This document shows positions 1-12,122 of a DNA stretch of 64,000 nt, piece after piece. Origin of the DNA: Octopus bimaculoides (lineage: Eukaryota); contig NC_068992.1 in the NCBI RefSeq assembly GCF_001194135.2, positions 45,569,817-45,633,816 of the forward strand, in the 5' to 3' direction. Below the pieces are notes generated by a model, which did no database searches, had not been told where the DNA came from, and saw only the letters and a program-made list of their open reading frames with translations. The stretch's first letter is position 1. Every line of letters begins with the position of its first letter. The position numbers and the translations under genes were made by a program.

Positions 1-43
1 ACTGTCCTCCCCTCTTTTTACACGAGAACATTACTGTGATACA

Positions 44-129
44 CGATCCCTATTGATCGCTTTTTTTTTCTCTCGGTCCCTTTTGATCGAACTCCCCCCT
101 TTTTTCCTTCCTACGATCCCTTTTGATCG
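44..129. repeat. Three dispersed copies of a 16-bp hairpin motif CGATC-N6-GATCG
   Basis: CGATCCCTATTGATCG at 44-59, CGGTCCCTTTTGATCG at 74-89 and CGATCCCTTTTGATCG at 114-129, separated by pyrimidine tracts. Confidence 0.8.
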
Positions 130-236
130 ACACCCACCCCTACTTTTTTTTTCTTCCTTCCCCCTCCCAAAAAGAAAAGCTCTACATTGTATTCGTCCCA
201 TCTTTGTTGAGCCCTGTGTGGCTAATAAAAGAAATG

Positions 237-277
237 TATCTATCCATCCATCCATCCATCCATCCATCCATCCATCC

Positions 278-321
<44 letters not shown>
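237..321. repeat. Compound (ATCC)n(ATCT)n microsatellite
   Basis: Directly visible tetranucleotide runs. Confidence 0.95.
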
Positions 322-322
<1 letters not shown>

Positions 323-1594
323 CGCACACACACACATATATATACGAGTGGGTGGACAAACATATGCATATATATTTGTGTGTGTGTGTATACGTACTCA
401 CACATATGCGCATGTATGTATACGTACCTTTATATTCACGTGTAAAAATATTATATAACTTTATACGTAAATTGCGTAATATCTGTTGATATATATATAA
501 ACGTATATACCTATAGATATTTACATATCTATCTATCTATATGTATCTATTTATATGTGTGCGTGCATGTGTGTGTGTAAATAAATATAGATACATACGT
601 GTGTATATATATGCTTTTGCGTCTGTATGTTTACGTGTGTGGCTACATGCACTGTAAAATTCTCTATTCCTCCAGTCATTTATCATTGCGCAGGTTGCTA
701 GTCTTTGCTTAATATCTTTAAATTCAATTGTATATTTTAGCAGCGAATCAGAAGCCCACATGTTTATTGCAATTGTCATGCATCTGATGTCTTTTGACAG
801 CAGTAACTAGTGAATGCATCATTTATATTCATTAACATTATGTCTATCGCACACACCACTGGGGGTGAATGTTTATAGACGAACAAAAGATAATGTTAAT
901 AATGGGCTACATTTCGAATAGAATTTCAAAAACTAATGTAATTTAAACATGAATCCCCGCCGTATTCGTGAATAGATGAAGCAGTGGATCGTATGATTTT
1001 ACAGACGTTTGGCTGTGTTCGTGGTGAAACACTTTAATTCTAAATTGATAACATCCACATTAGTCTCATATAATTGGCAAGCAGAGGTAGAGTTTATGAT
1101 GCTAAAACAGTGTGAGACACGTATATGTCATGACAAATAATTCCTTCAGTTAATAATACTCCCATACACTCACATTTATATATGTTGTCATTATTATTAT
1201 TATTAATTATTAACATCATCGTCGTCGTCGTCATCATCATTATTGTAATCACAACTAATATTAGTAGTAAAGTATTTCATTGGAGCAAAGTTTCGCGACT
1301 TGGTCGTGTTTCGCTTCTTCGTCATTCTGTTTGCATCGAATGGATCTAGTTCTTAAGCAATCTCAACGGGCTAAAACCGTCCGAAACCTTTAGTCTGGTC
1401 ACAAAAAGAGAAGAAAAAAAGGTAATATTCTATATCCTTTGTTCATACGATTATACAAGAATGTTTACATGTGTATTTATGTGTACATATGTACGCATAG
1501 ATGCGAGAGTGTGTGCGTGTGTGTGTCTGTCTGTATGTATATACATAAACATACATACATACACACATATATACATACATACATACCTACATAT

Positions 1595-2053
1595 ATTCCT
1601 GGATTCTTTTGTTGCGAGTTTCAAACTTTGAGACGATTGTGCAGATTCTTCTTGCTAGATTAAATGGAATATTATTCTTCGTGTATTTCGGATGGCATGA
1701 GAATAACAGAAGGTATTGTTTAGTATCTGTTTGTTTGTAATAACTGTCTGTTTCAATGTTTTTATCTCTTTTGATGATTAGTATGTCCAGGAATGGTGTA
1801 GTTTTACTGTATTTCAAGGTGAAGTTAATAAGGCTTTTGTAATCGGTAAGTTGTTTTATTGTGTGCGTCCACAGTATTAGGCAGTCAACTAGGTAACATT
1901 TCCAATTTTCTAGTAGATATTCAGATTGTTCATATATCTGGAACTCTATACATGACATGACTAGGTTGGCGCAACTTGTGACTTCGATGGCAATATTTAC
2001 AAACAGATATCTAGAAATGCGACGGGGACAAAAGTTGCTCCGACTCCAGGAAT
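1595..2053 (-). mobile_element. Penelope-like element (PLE) reverse transcriptase C-terminal fragment, decayed and inverted relative to its downstream part
   Basis: Minus ORF 1587-2078 reads SCANLVMSCIE..ENWKCYLVDCLILW..INFTLKYSKTTPFLDILI..YYKQTDTKQYLLLFSCHPKYTKNNIPFNLARRICTIVS. This matches the PLE RT/thumb pattern (YANLVM, RYLDD, PFLD, SCHP); the catalytic YLDD has become YLVD. Confidence 0.88.
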
Positions 2054-2355
2054 CAAAACAAATACTACTTAAAAACAATATCCATTAATGTTAATAGAGA
2101 ACGGGATAGAACGTGCCAAAGCGATAGATATCCACGTACTGCTAAAAATGTAAAACGCTCCAGGTACATCCAATACTCTACATTATTATAATACACAACC
2201 CAAGAAACGCAATGTTTTACAATGTTATCCACCAGAACATCCCACTACAAAGACAAGACGCAAGAATAAAACAAGCATACGAAATGTACAGAATAATCAA
2301 GAGTAAAAGACAATCAAAGTCTCTCAAAAAATTCCTCACCAGCACTAAATCACCT
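2045..2355 (+). mobile_element. PLE linker region that normally follows the RT thumb; frameshifted, GIY-YIG endonuclease absent
   Basis: Plus strand reads QESKQILLK/QYPLMLIENGIERAKA, then (ORF 2212) YNVIHQNIPL..IIKSKRQSKSLKKFLT. This resembles the PLE post-thumb YP..I..GI.RAK segment (family assignment from recall). Confidence 0.7.
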
Positions 2356-2446
2356 TCCATACACATATGGGCATATACATGTATTTACATATACACCCCA
2401 CATCCACCGCCCCTACCCACTTCCCTCAACTACACGACCGATATCT

Positions 2447-2490
2447 TGTCCACCACGTGGTCGATTTCCTGTTCACCACGTGGTATTTCC
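2447..2490. promoter_or_regulatory. Tandem pair of palindromic ACCACGTGGT E-boxes within a diverged 23-bp duplication
   Basis: CACCACGTGGT at 2451-2461 and 2474-2484; regulatory function is inferred. Confidence 0.35.
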
Positions 2491-5400
2491 ATCTATCTCA
2501 TGCCGCTAAAATAATATAATATCGTCGTGTAGAGAATTGCTTAAATGGAAATTTATGCATTGTGCACTGCAATACGAGTTCTCGATCACGAAGCTGCCAT
2601 GTGTTTGTTTAAATAAGTCTCTTTTTCAATAGCTGTGACTCGACCCAGTTGAATGGCATTTAGAAAACTGAAAATAAATGGAAATTAGGCGGTTGGAAGG
2701 CAGCTGTAATTGAAGGGTCCATCTACATTACATTCTGTCACGTTGATTGTCTTTGGATATTAATTTAAGAGTAAAATGTTTGTGAAATACTCAGCTAGTT
2801 GCAGTTTAATTTCAACGTTTAGGTCATTCTATCGATCAAACCATTGGAGCTGTCTTGAAATCACGCAGATCCCGATCTGTTGTGTGAATATGTATGTGTG
2901 CGCGTATGTACATGTACTACTTGCAAAGTGCATCATTCTTTTCATTATTTGTTGACTGAAGATCAACAGGATTGCAATAACTTCCGTCTGTGATACATCC
3001 CCTATCTATATAAGACGAGCCATATTGATATTAACAATGAATGTCCACCAATCCTTTGGTCAGCATCGTTGATGTAGTTTTGCCTCTGTCATTCATCATA
3101 CCATGCTAGACTCCGATGCAGCTACGCAAATATTATTTTTGTTAACATATTTACCGAGGATGTATTTTCACTCTCATTTTCATTGTTTCCCTTCTTTAAT
3201 TATAATGGCACGCTCTCAGCTGCCCTCTGCATCCTTATAATCAATTCGACTGCGGGCGGCTCTACTGGGTTATCGCCTTGAAGGGTCTCGTCGAACACAG
3301 TGATTACCGAAAGTTATTATTCCGTAACTTCTTTCTTCAGTCCGTTATATCATTTATATTCTGCTAGATATGCGACACACTGCCCTTTTACATTCTTGTA
3401 TATGCCAATTATAAATATTATTACTTGTTTCACAAAATCTACCAACCTACTAACTTAGCTATGAGATACAATTCAGTAATACCTGTTTATAACAGTTATA
3501 TCACTGGGGTTACCTATATAGATTTAGATGAGGAAATCCATTCGTTACCCCTTTCGTTCTATCATCGTAAGTAGTTCGTAACACTATCTAACAGTGTTCT
3601 GCCAATGTGTAGTATCTGCGACGATCTGGGTAGAAATAGTGTCGCAAGGGGTGACAGAAACAATTCAATGATAATACCAATAAACGAACCTATAACATTT
3701 CGGTTAGCATCTCAATCAACAAAATCATAACCTGCTTAACCAGTAAGGATGTAGTTAATGTATAATCCTGTACATATCTGTATAATATCTATAAAATCAA
3801 CATTGACATTGTTAATTCCTACAGGTATGTGATATTCGTCTCATGTTTCCATGCAGGGATTGTTCTGTCAGCATTTCCTCCTTAGATAATTACTGAACAC
3901 CTATAAACTGTGTGTTTCAGATTCGTATTATCTACCTCACAATCATTTAGAAAATAAAGGGTGACAAGCTAGTTCACATCTATAGTCAATGTCTGAATGG
4001 CAGTGTTTATCCAATCAGCATTTTATAAACTGCCGAGATTTTCAAACTGAAATTTAAAACTTTTTGTACATGAGGATCAAACAACTGTTTTGTTTTTGGA
4101 AGCAATATTTACAACCTGCTATGCCTGTACAATCAATATTTATAGACGAACAAGTGCGATCCGTCTGCTGCTATTCAATTAACAAATATAAACTGTTGTA
4201 TCTTTCTAGTCAACATATTATAAACTGTTTTATCTATCCAATCGATATGGATATACTGCGACTAACTAAGTTATATCCACATGCGTTATATGATGTATTC
4301 ATTCTCAAACTGATATGGTATATCTCACGGTTATGTGATGTACTGTATTTAGAATGTACGATACTTGTATTTTTAGTGAATAGTCACAATGTCTCTGGTG
4401 GTCGTCAGTATAAGTTCAGAGAATATTTCCATAATGTAAAATTGTCTAACACAATATACTGGCTATATACGTGTGTGCCTGTGTGTGTGTGTGCGGGGGC
4501 GGGGTATACACACACACATGCACACATATATATGGCCAACAAATACCAAGTGTCTGAAGTAATCGATAAAATACAGGCTGTGCAGAATTTAGAATACTGC
4601 GAACTGTATTTATAATAATCTACTGTGTGTCTAGTCAGGTTAGCATCTCTCTACACACCATGTCTGTCAGCCTCTACTGCTGAGAGTGAGTGTGTATGTA
4701 TTTGAGTGTGCGTGAGAGAGGGAGAGAGAGACTCTTACTCTTACCGTAAACACTACTTATTCTTTGATTGCTTGCAAAATAAACGTAATCAGCATCTTAA
4801 AAATATAGGTCATTGATTTCTACCTCTGCGCTCCTAAATACATTGGTAATTGATTACAAGTTAAAAGGTAAATATTTATTGGCGATTTTGCCTGAAACAA
4901 ATTTCGAAAATTAGGGTTCCTGGCTTTCTGTGAAATAAAATAAATGAGTTCACAGCGTGATCAATTTGGTAGAAAATCATATCGCAAACACGTAGTGAGA
5001 ATATAATCTATACTTGCCTGCGAAATAATAGTGATGTCTATTAACTAAAATTTTGTATCTAATACATTGAGAGTTCAAGGAAATCAGTTAGACGGAATAT
5101 GCTCTGTAAAGAGGTGATGATAAATAGCCATTTGGATGATTTCTGGTTCTTACATATAGTTATCTATTGTGTTTCCTATTTCCAGCTGTTCCCATTGATT
5201 ACATTAACAATGGTAAAGAAAGAATATCTCCTCCTATTTTATTGAAGCAATTTTCTTAATTTGTCATCTTAAAATATTCGTAGCTAGAGGCCTAAACACT
5301 TATACTTTAACTAAATCAATGGATAAAGAAAAATTGGTTGCAATAGATTCTTAATTGATTCCCTACGATGGCAGAATGCTAAGAATGATTCAGATAAAAT

Positions 5401-6959
5401 GAAAGTTCTTTACATTGGCCTCCACAGGAAGAACTTGGCACTATTTACGGACATGATTCATAACATGCCATTGAAGATTTAAAATAAAAACGATTAAGTG
5501 GGATGAATATTTAACCCTTATGCTAATGTCAAGGTCATTAACCACTAACCTGGAATCGATTTAATAACAAACGGGAATATAAAGATTGTCATCTGTATTT
5601 GTCACTGATGAATACCTTGTCCGCCAGATTGACTCGACTGTAGAAACAACTAAACTGATTTCTTCCTAAAGAGGATGAAAAGGCGACAGTGAGGAAAAGG
5701 ATAAAAACCTGTATGTTTGATTACTTTGTTATGGATATTTACTGTTTAAGTGAATGAAATAAACTACGAATGGGAACTAAAAGTTTCTATGAGTGCACTC
5801 CACTGGCACTTCATATTTACTTACCGTATTAAGCAACAGATAGTATTGGTTCATATACACGTCGTGTTTTATTTTGAGAAAAGTAAGTTCTGAATTAAAT
5901 ACCCTACTCTTTGTTTTATTTTTAAAGCAGATTTATACGCTATTATACCGTAAATTTATTTTCTATATCCTCCCTTCAGAAGTATAAAATATAAGTACCA
6001 GTAATACATTAAAGACTTTCAAGAAACTACAAGCATCATATAAATCATTTCAAAATGGATTTAAATATGATGAGATTACTAATTCATATATGGCGTTGTG
6101 TTGTGTTCCATTAATCAATGTGTAGGTTACTAATGAAACAACATGTCGATATGATTTCAGTTGCCGGTAAACAAATACTAGAATTTGGCTGATGAGTCTC
6201 TTGTCTAGGGATGGCATGCAGTCACATTGCTACTGATACTAACTGCCATAGTTTCACAGCAAGGTAAGAGCACTATTTCTCGAGGAAGGTTGGTTCGGAA
6301 TGAAGAAAGCTACAACAGAGATAGCTACAGCAGCGAAGATAAGCTGAATGAAGTAGTATTTAATAATAGGCCGTAACCGGAATCCTTCTGTAGACGAAGG
6401 CTAATTCAGTCCTTGTTGCTCCAAGTAGGTGAAGCGTACAGTCTGAGGTGTGAACTGCTTTTAAATACAAAGAGGGTCTCAAACAATGGCTTTGGTTACC
6501 ATAAGAACTTGTAGCATCTTAAGCTCTTGCAGATTTTCGTTGTGGCTAGGCGTATCTTATGCTTATTTCAAGTCATCATCTTGTTTTTCGTTTCTTTAAG
6601 TATAGACTCTCTGTTCCGAACAATAAATACTAAGGAAAAAAAATATTAGTTCGCAATATACATTAAATAGATATTTCGTTTAAATTACCTCGTTAACTTT
6701 CTCACAACCCCCAGAGAAAATATCTTGTTATTGGAGCCACTGAAAGATATACACTAAATATAAATACAATTGACACTATGTCATTATATATGCGTTTAAG
6801 TATCTTAATATGTGTATGCATTATATGATAACGATAAGTTACGAATGTCTATCAATCTCTCTAAACAGAATGTCTCAGACTAAGCTTAGTTATTGTTTAT
6901 ATCTCATTTTTTCAGGAACAGCTTGATGTATATGGGAAGATTGAACGACGTTGGAAAAC

Positions 6960-7500
6960 ATAAGGATTAAAGTTGTAGCTGAGAACAATTTAGCTGACAG
7001 GGTGGACAGGAATCCGTCTGAATAATGGAAGACAGTTACCAGTAACATGATATTTTGCACCAGGTATCAGAATGCCGACATCATGACTACTGCTCAATGG
7101 TCTGTGAACATTGTAAAGGCTGTAAGACGTGACATGGACACCTACAACAAAATTACGGAGCTGTGGGTTGCAGGAAGGAACAAAGCAGGTGGTCTGACAG
7201 CGCCCGTACGCCGTGATTCATTACCAAATCTTTGAACATAGCAGTGTGAATTTAGTCCTAAACTCAATTCAGACGCAATTTAAAAGTGCGAAAGAATATT
7301 GTAAATGTAAAGCTACTGAAGATTACTATGTGTGGGGTGAAGTTGAGAAAGACAACAACGGCTCTGCCTACAGTGGCATGTCGGAGATAGTGGCCAAGTT
7401 AAAGGAAGAATTTGAAGATGTTCCCAAAGACGTAGTGAGGAAGGCATGTATCACTTTCCGAAGCCGTAGTAGAAGCTAAGGGCGGCTGCTTTGAGTAATA
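6960..7500 (+). mobile_element. Highly decayed Tc1/mariner (maT-like) transposase relic
   Basis: ORF 7213-7479 ends DYYVWGEVEKD..KLKEEFEDVPKDVVRKACITFRSR, paralleling the YYVWGAV..ETVRKSCRRFRSRLEAVVEANG C-terminus of the element at 21 kb; many stops and frameshifts. Confidence 0.75.
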
Positions 7501-8607
7501 TGTTATTTCCGTGTCATAACCTAGATATAATTTTTTGATAATTTAAAAATACTTTTTCTTTTTAAAGGAATATTGTATTTTCTTTTTTTTTACTTTCATG
7601 TTAACTGTCAACGCTTTCATCTCATAAGCCGAAACCAATTAGTAACAAATTTAGTTATTGGTACTGCCAACTAAACTATACTTTACATTCCCAGTAGATA
7701 TAATCTATAACAACAGATTTAAGCAAATAAAGACACGGATTGTATTGTTAACACTCTATCAGACTAGGAAATATGGTTTAATCACAAGTGTTTCAGGAAT
7801 GTAATAAAAACACATCTTAGTTAACACTGATCAATTTGTCGTTTCGGTTATATCTAAGAACCTTTGTTTTAATTAAGGTTTTACTTTTATATTTCTTAAT
7901 TACATATTTAACAATCATTAATAGATAAACATTTCCATTTCTTGTTGCGATAAAAATCAAATTGAGATTACTTTTTTACATCTATTTTTAAACAGTAACA
8001 CCATTCTAAACATTAACTGTTTATAATTTCCTGCGGTTTATCGCTATTGCTTTACTAGTATATTCGAAGGTAGTAAGATTTTCGTCTGAAACTGAACAGA
8101 TTAATTTTGATAGTCATTATACAGTTTGTACTGTATGGTATATAATGACACCTAGTTATTTGTAGATATAATTATAATAAAGCCAAATATTTCGAACGAC
8201 TTTTAGAAGTTGGTGGTTGGTTTTAGTCATGTGATGCAAAAACAAAGCGGATGTCAGTTTACCAATGGTAACATTCTCAAATGATGTATTTTACTTACTG
8301 CTCCTGAGAAGTTGAGAAAATGAGATAAGGAGGATTGAAGTGATATGCTCAGAATAAAAACGACACTCCTGCTAATGATGTAGTGACATTCCAGAGTCTT
8401 CCTGCTTGAAATTAATGTATATATCAATGTCTAATAATATATGCAATATAAATTTGTATACAATATTAATTTACATCTTGTTGGCCACTTGTAGACTATT
8501 ACAAACTGCATTACAAATAGTAATACATTATGCTGAATGATTTCGATAACATTTTACTATATGAAAATTTGAAACAATGATATTAAGAGCCAGCATTTAT
8601 ATATATC

Positions 8608-8660
<53 letters not shown>

Positions 8661-10169
8661 NNNNNNNNNNNNNNNNNNNNNNNNNNNNNNNNNNNNNNNN
8701 NNNNNNNNNNNNNNNNNNNNNNNNNNNNNNNNNNNNNNNNNNNNNNNNNNNNNNNNNNNNNNNNNNNNNNNNNNNNNNNNNNNNNNNNNNNNNNNNNNNN
8801 NNNNNNNNNNNNNNNNNNNNNNNNNNNNNNNNNNNNNNNNNNNNNTATATATATATATATGTGTGTACGGTTTAGCATCTGAAGTGATGTGAATACCCAA
8901 GTTGCATGCTGTTCATAACTATAGAACAAGGCAAAATGCAATAATATTTTCTTGACATGCGCAGTGATAGATATTTACATTTACCACATCTGAAAACCAC
9001 ATTTTGAAACTTTCCAATATATACGTTTAAATTATACTATGACCATTTACAAACTCGAAATAGTAGATGGAAAAACAATTGATGTCTGCATTATATAAGC
9101 AAACTACAGTGGTTACATTTTCCGAAAGTGACTGCTACAAAAATCTTTCCTGATCAATTATATTTATTAATACAAATCAATGAATCACAATAGCTGATTA
9201 TCAATAGATCGTGAAACAATTACTCACCATAATTCTCTGGTCAAGTTACACAATTGATAATTGTTTATATTTTGAAAATATTAATTACATTAAGTATGCT
9301 AACTGCTTCTCAATTCAAATTTTTAATTGATTTTTTCCGTTTCTTCATAAGTTAATAATAGAGATGAGTTGAGTACAACTAATTTAGCACAAAGTAATAG
9401 AATAGGTTACGAAAATATTATTCTGTGTGATCATTTATTATTCCTTATTTACGCACACGATCAGAGGTGATGTATGAAATTGTGACATTAATAACTTCTT
9501 TAAATACAATAAGACTATAAAGGAAGTGATTTTGTTTCAACCAAGTTCTGAAATAGAGAACCCGATGGAATATCTATGTAGGCGATGAGTCTGCTAGAAA
9601 AAGCAGTTAAAACACACTCTAAATATATTTTGTCTTACAAATCATACATCCATTAACAGAGTTGTAGAAAGCTCTCTCAAAATTATAATGTGATAAATAT
9701 AGTTACACTGGATGGGTTTGCTACAACGCTCTTAATTAAATACAAGTTGGATTAAAAATGATTTGGCGTGAAACAACAACTACGATGATGACAGCCGCAA
9801 CCGTTTTGCTCCTTTGATATGTTTATCCAAACCAGTAAAACTAAATAGAACCTTAACAGCACGAAAGATCGGTTTTCAAATACATCCACTTAATAATTGT
9901 TGAACATCGCTAGAATATTACCTAAACATTTCCACTTACAATTTGACTTTTAAACTCTGATGAGTTTCGAAATATGTACATATATACAGAAATATGGCTT
10001 AAACTATTGCACTGGATAATGAACTCAGAACTAAACGGGCGTTGTCCTAATTATTAAATATACATATATGTAACTCATACCATGTTTTGAGTACTAAATG
10101 TAAAAGAAATCGACTTCTACAGAACCTATTTGAACAGAAATAATGTATAAAAGCTGTTTGTCATTGTCT

Positions 10170-10390
<221 letters not shown>

Positions 10391-11975
10391 AGAGAGAGAT
10401 ACACGCATATACGTATTTTTGTATATGCATGTAGGAAGGCATGTATACATGTGTGTACGTGCATCTTTTCCTGTATTAATAATCACAGCGCAGTAAGTGA
10501 AATGCGCACATGAAGTATATTAGTTGCTTTCTAATTTCGCCAGCATAGTTGACATTCAGTGATCAGGTGCAATATATTGTGTAATTACTAATGTTAGGCT
10601 GATTACTATTTCAACTCATACAGGATATATAAGTCATATTTCAGATTAAGATTTCGTGTGAACACAATGATCGCTATAACAACGATATCACCAAGTACAA
10701 CCACAATAACTACTGCAACATGAACAACAACAATAACAATTATAAAAATAACAGTTGTCCAAACAAATTTTTGTACAGACCAGCATATCCGAATCTACAA
10801 AGTTTAGTGTAATACGTGGATATGAAATAGTATACTGACAAACGAATGTTATAGAAAGGTGAGATAAAAGTAATTTTGTTTGTAAGAATCATTGTATGAA
10901 AGAATAAACGTGTTTGTAGCAAGCGAATATGAATATAATATACATTTACAACACTGTTCGTATTTCATGCTAGGTTTAACTGGTACGTGTCTCATCATTT
11001 CATTAATACCGAGTTGATGTGTGTTCAATATTCCTTTGTAGAAACAGATGAAATAACTGTTTCTTTGATGAAGATCATCAGCTGCCTTCTAATGTACCTT
11101 ATCTCATCTAACGTTATCATTTGCACTGATTCCACTACGAAGAGTTATGAAGTACTTATTCGTTTAAACAATGAATAACGTTTTCCAGAGCTGTGCGTCG
11201 AAGTCTGGAATGAAGTTATGAATCACCGTCGCAGAATTTCATGCACTTAACTACTGCATGACTTAATTTCTATGAGGTCGTTCAGCTGTTTTACATAGTT
11301 GCCAAATCTCCTTCAAATCATACCATATGCTCTTAAATGGGGCACTGCATACTAAAACATATATTCCAAGATAAACATGACATGTTCATGGTTCGAATAT
11401 CTTTTGCTCATAGGATAGCTGGCAATAGGGTCGGTTTGAGGGTTGCGCAGCAACAACAGTCAATATGTTTTTGTGAATGCCATAGGACCATTGTGTAACC
11501 ATTCAACCTGTTACAAATAACAACCAAAACACTCTCAAAAGAAATGCTACCAATTTTAAGTAAGTGGAACACAAAATATCAGCCTTAATAAAAACAAAAA
11601 TTGGTGTTTTTTCGATGGGAATGAAGCACAAATTATAGTCTTTATGGTGAAAGGGGTCAATGGCCACATCAATATTATGATTGAGAAATGAGAGGTCACC
11701 GATCCTAATACTGGCGTCGGCAGAACGCCGCTTAAAGAGTTTATAGGACGGCTTCAGAATTATGGAATTGATTTGGGATTTGTTGTTTGTTTTGTAAAGT
11801 TCAATTTTTCTTCTAAAAAAATAATCACACATTAATAGATTAATGGCGTCCCCAGTTTTGTCTTTCCTCCTCCAACAGTGGGGGAACTAGACATAAGCCC
11901 CCACCCAGCAGAATATTAGTTCATTACAATTTCTGAAATATTAGGCGTCGTACATTAGTATTGAGATTACTTTAC

Positions 11976-12020
11976 CTGATTTGTTGATATAATATTTAGT
12001 ACCATGATCTCTGACGCCAT
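11976..12020 (-). CDS. Candidate first coding exon of an unidentified minus-strand gene, MASEIMVLNIISTNQ (phase 0)
   Basis: AAGATGGCG start context, 15 open codons, donor CAG|gtaaag; no protein homology recognised and downstream exons unconfirmed. Confidence 0.35.
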
Positions 12021-12122
12021 CTTTTCGCTGTCACATGACCAAACTAATTTAGTCATTATGAACACGTGACTGTATTATAAGGAAGCCCTATTAAACATAC
12101 GTCTATATTTGAAGATACCAAT
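12016..12122 (-). promoter_or_regulatory. Candidate core promoter: CCAAT box, TATA-like element, two USF/MiT-type E-boxes, YY1 motif
   Basis: CCAAT 12118-12122, TATTATAA 12073-12080, CACGTGAC 12063-12070, GTCACATGAC 12030-12039, GCCATCTTT 12016-12024 overlapping the ATG. Confidence 0.5.

Noticed and set aside
4064-4615. 183-aa plus ORF
   Set aside because: TTG-type start, composition typical of AT-rich non-coding DNA, includes (TG)/(CA) repeats, no recognisable motif or clear splice boundaries
9952-9984. CTGATGAGTTTCGAAATATGTACATAT, resembling a minimal hammerhead with palindromic stem III
   Set aside because: No stem I pairing; fully explained by the AAACTC/GAGTTT inverted repeat and TA-rich sequence
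11462-11507. Minus-strand acceptor tttgtaacag followed by VEWLHNGPMAFTKTY*, as exon 2 of the 12-kb candidate
   Set aside because: Would give only a 30-aa product; the Ig-like VEWLHNG resemblance is too short to count; cannot be excluded without RNA data
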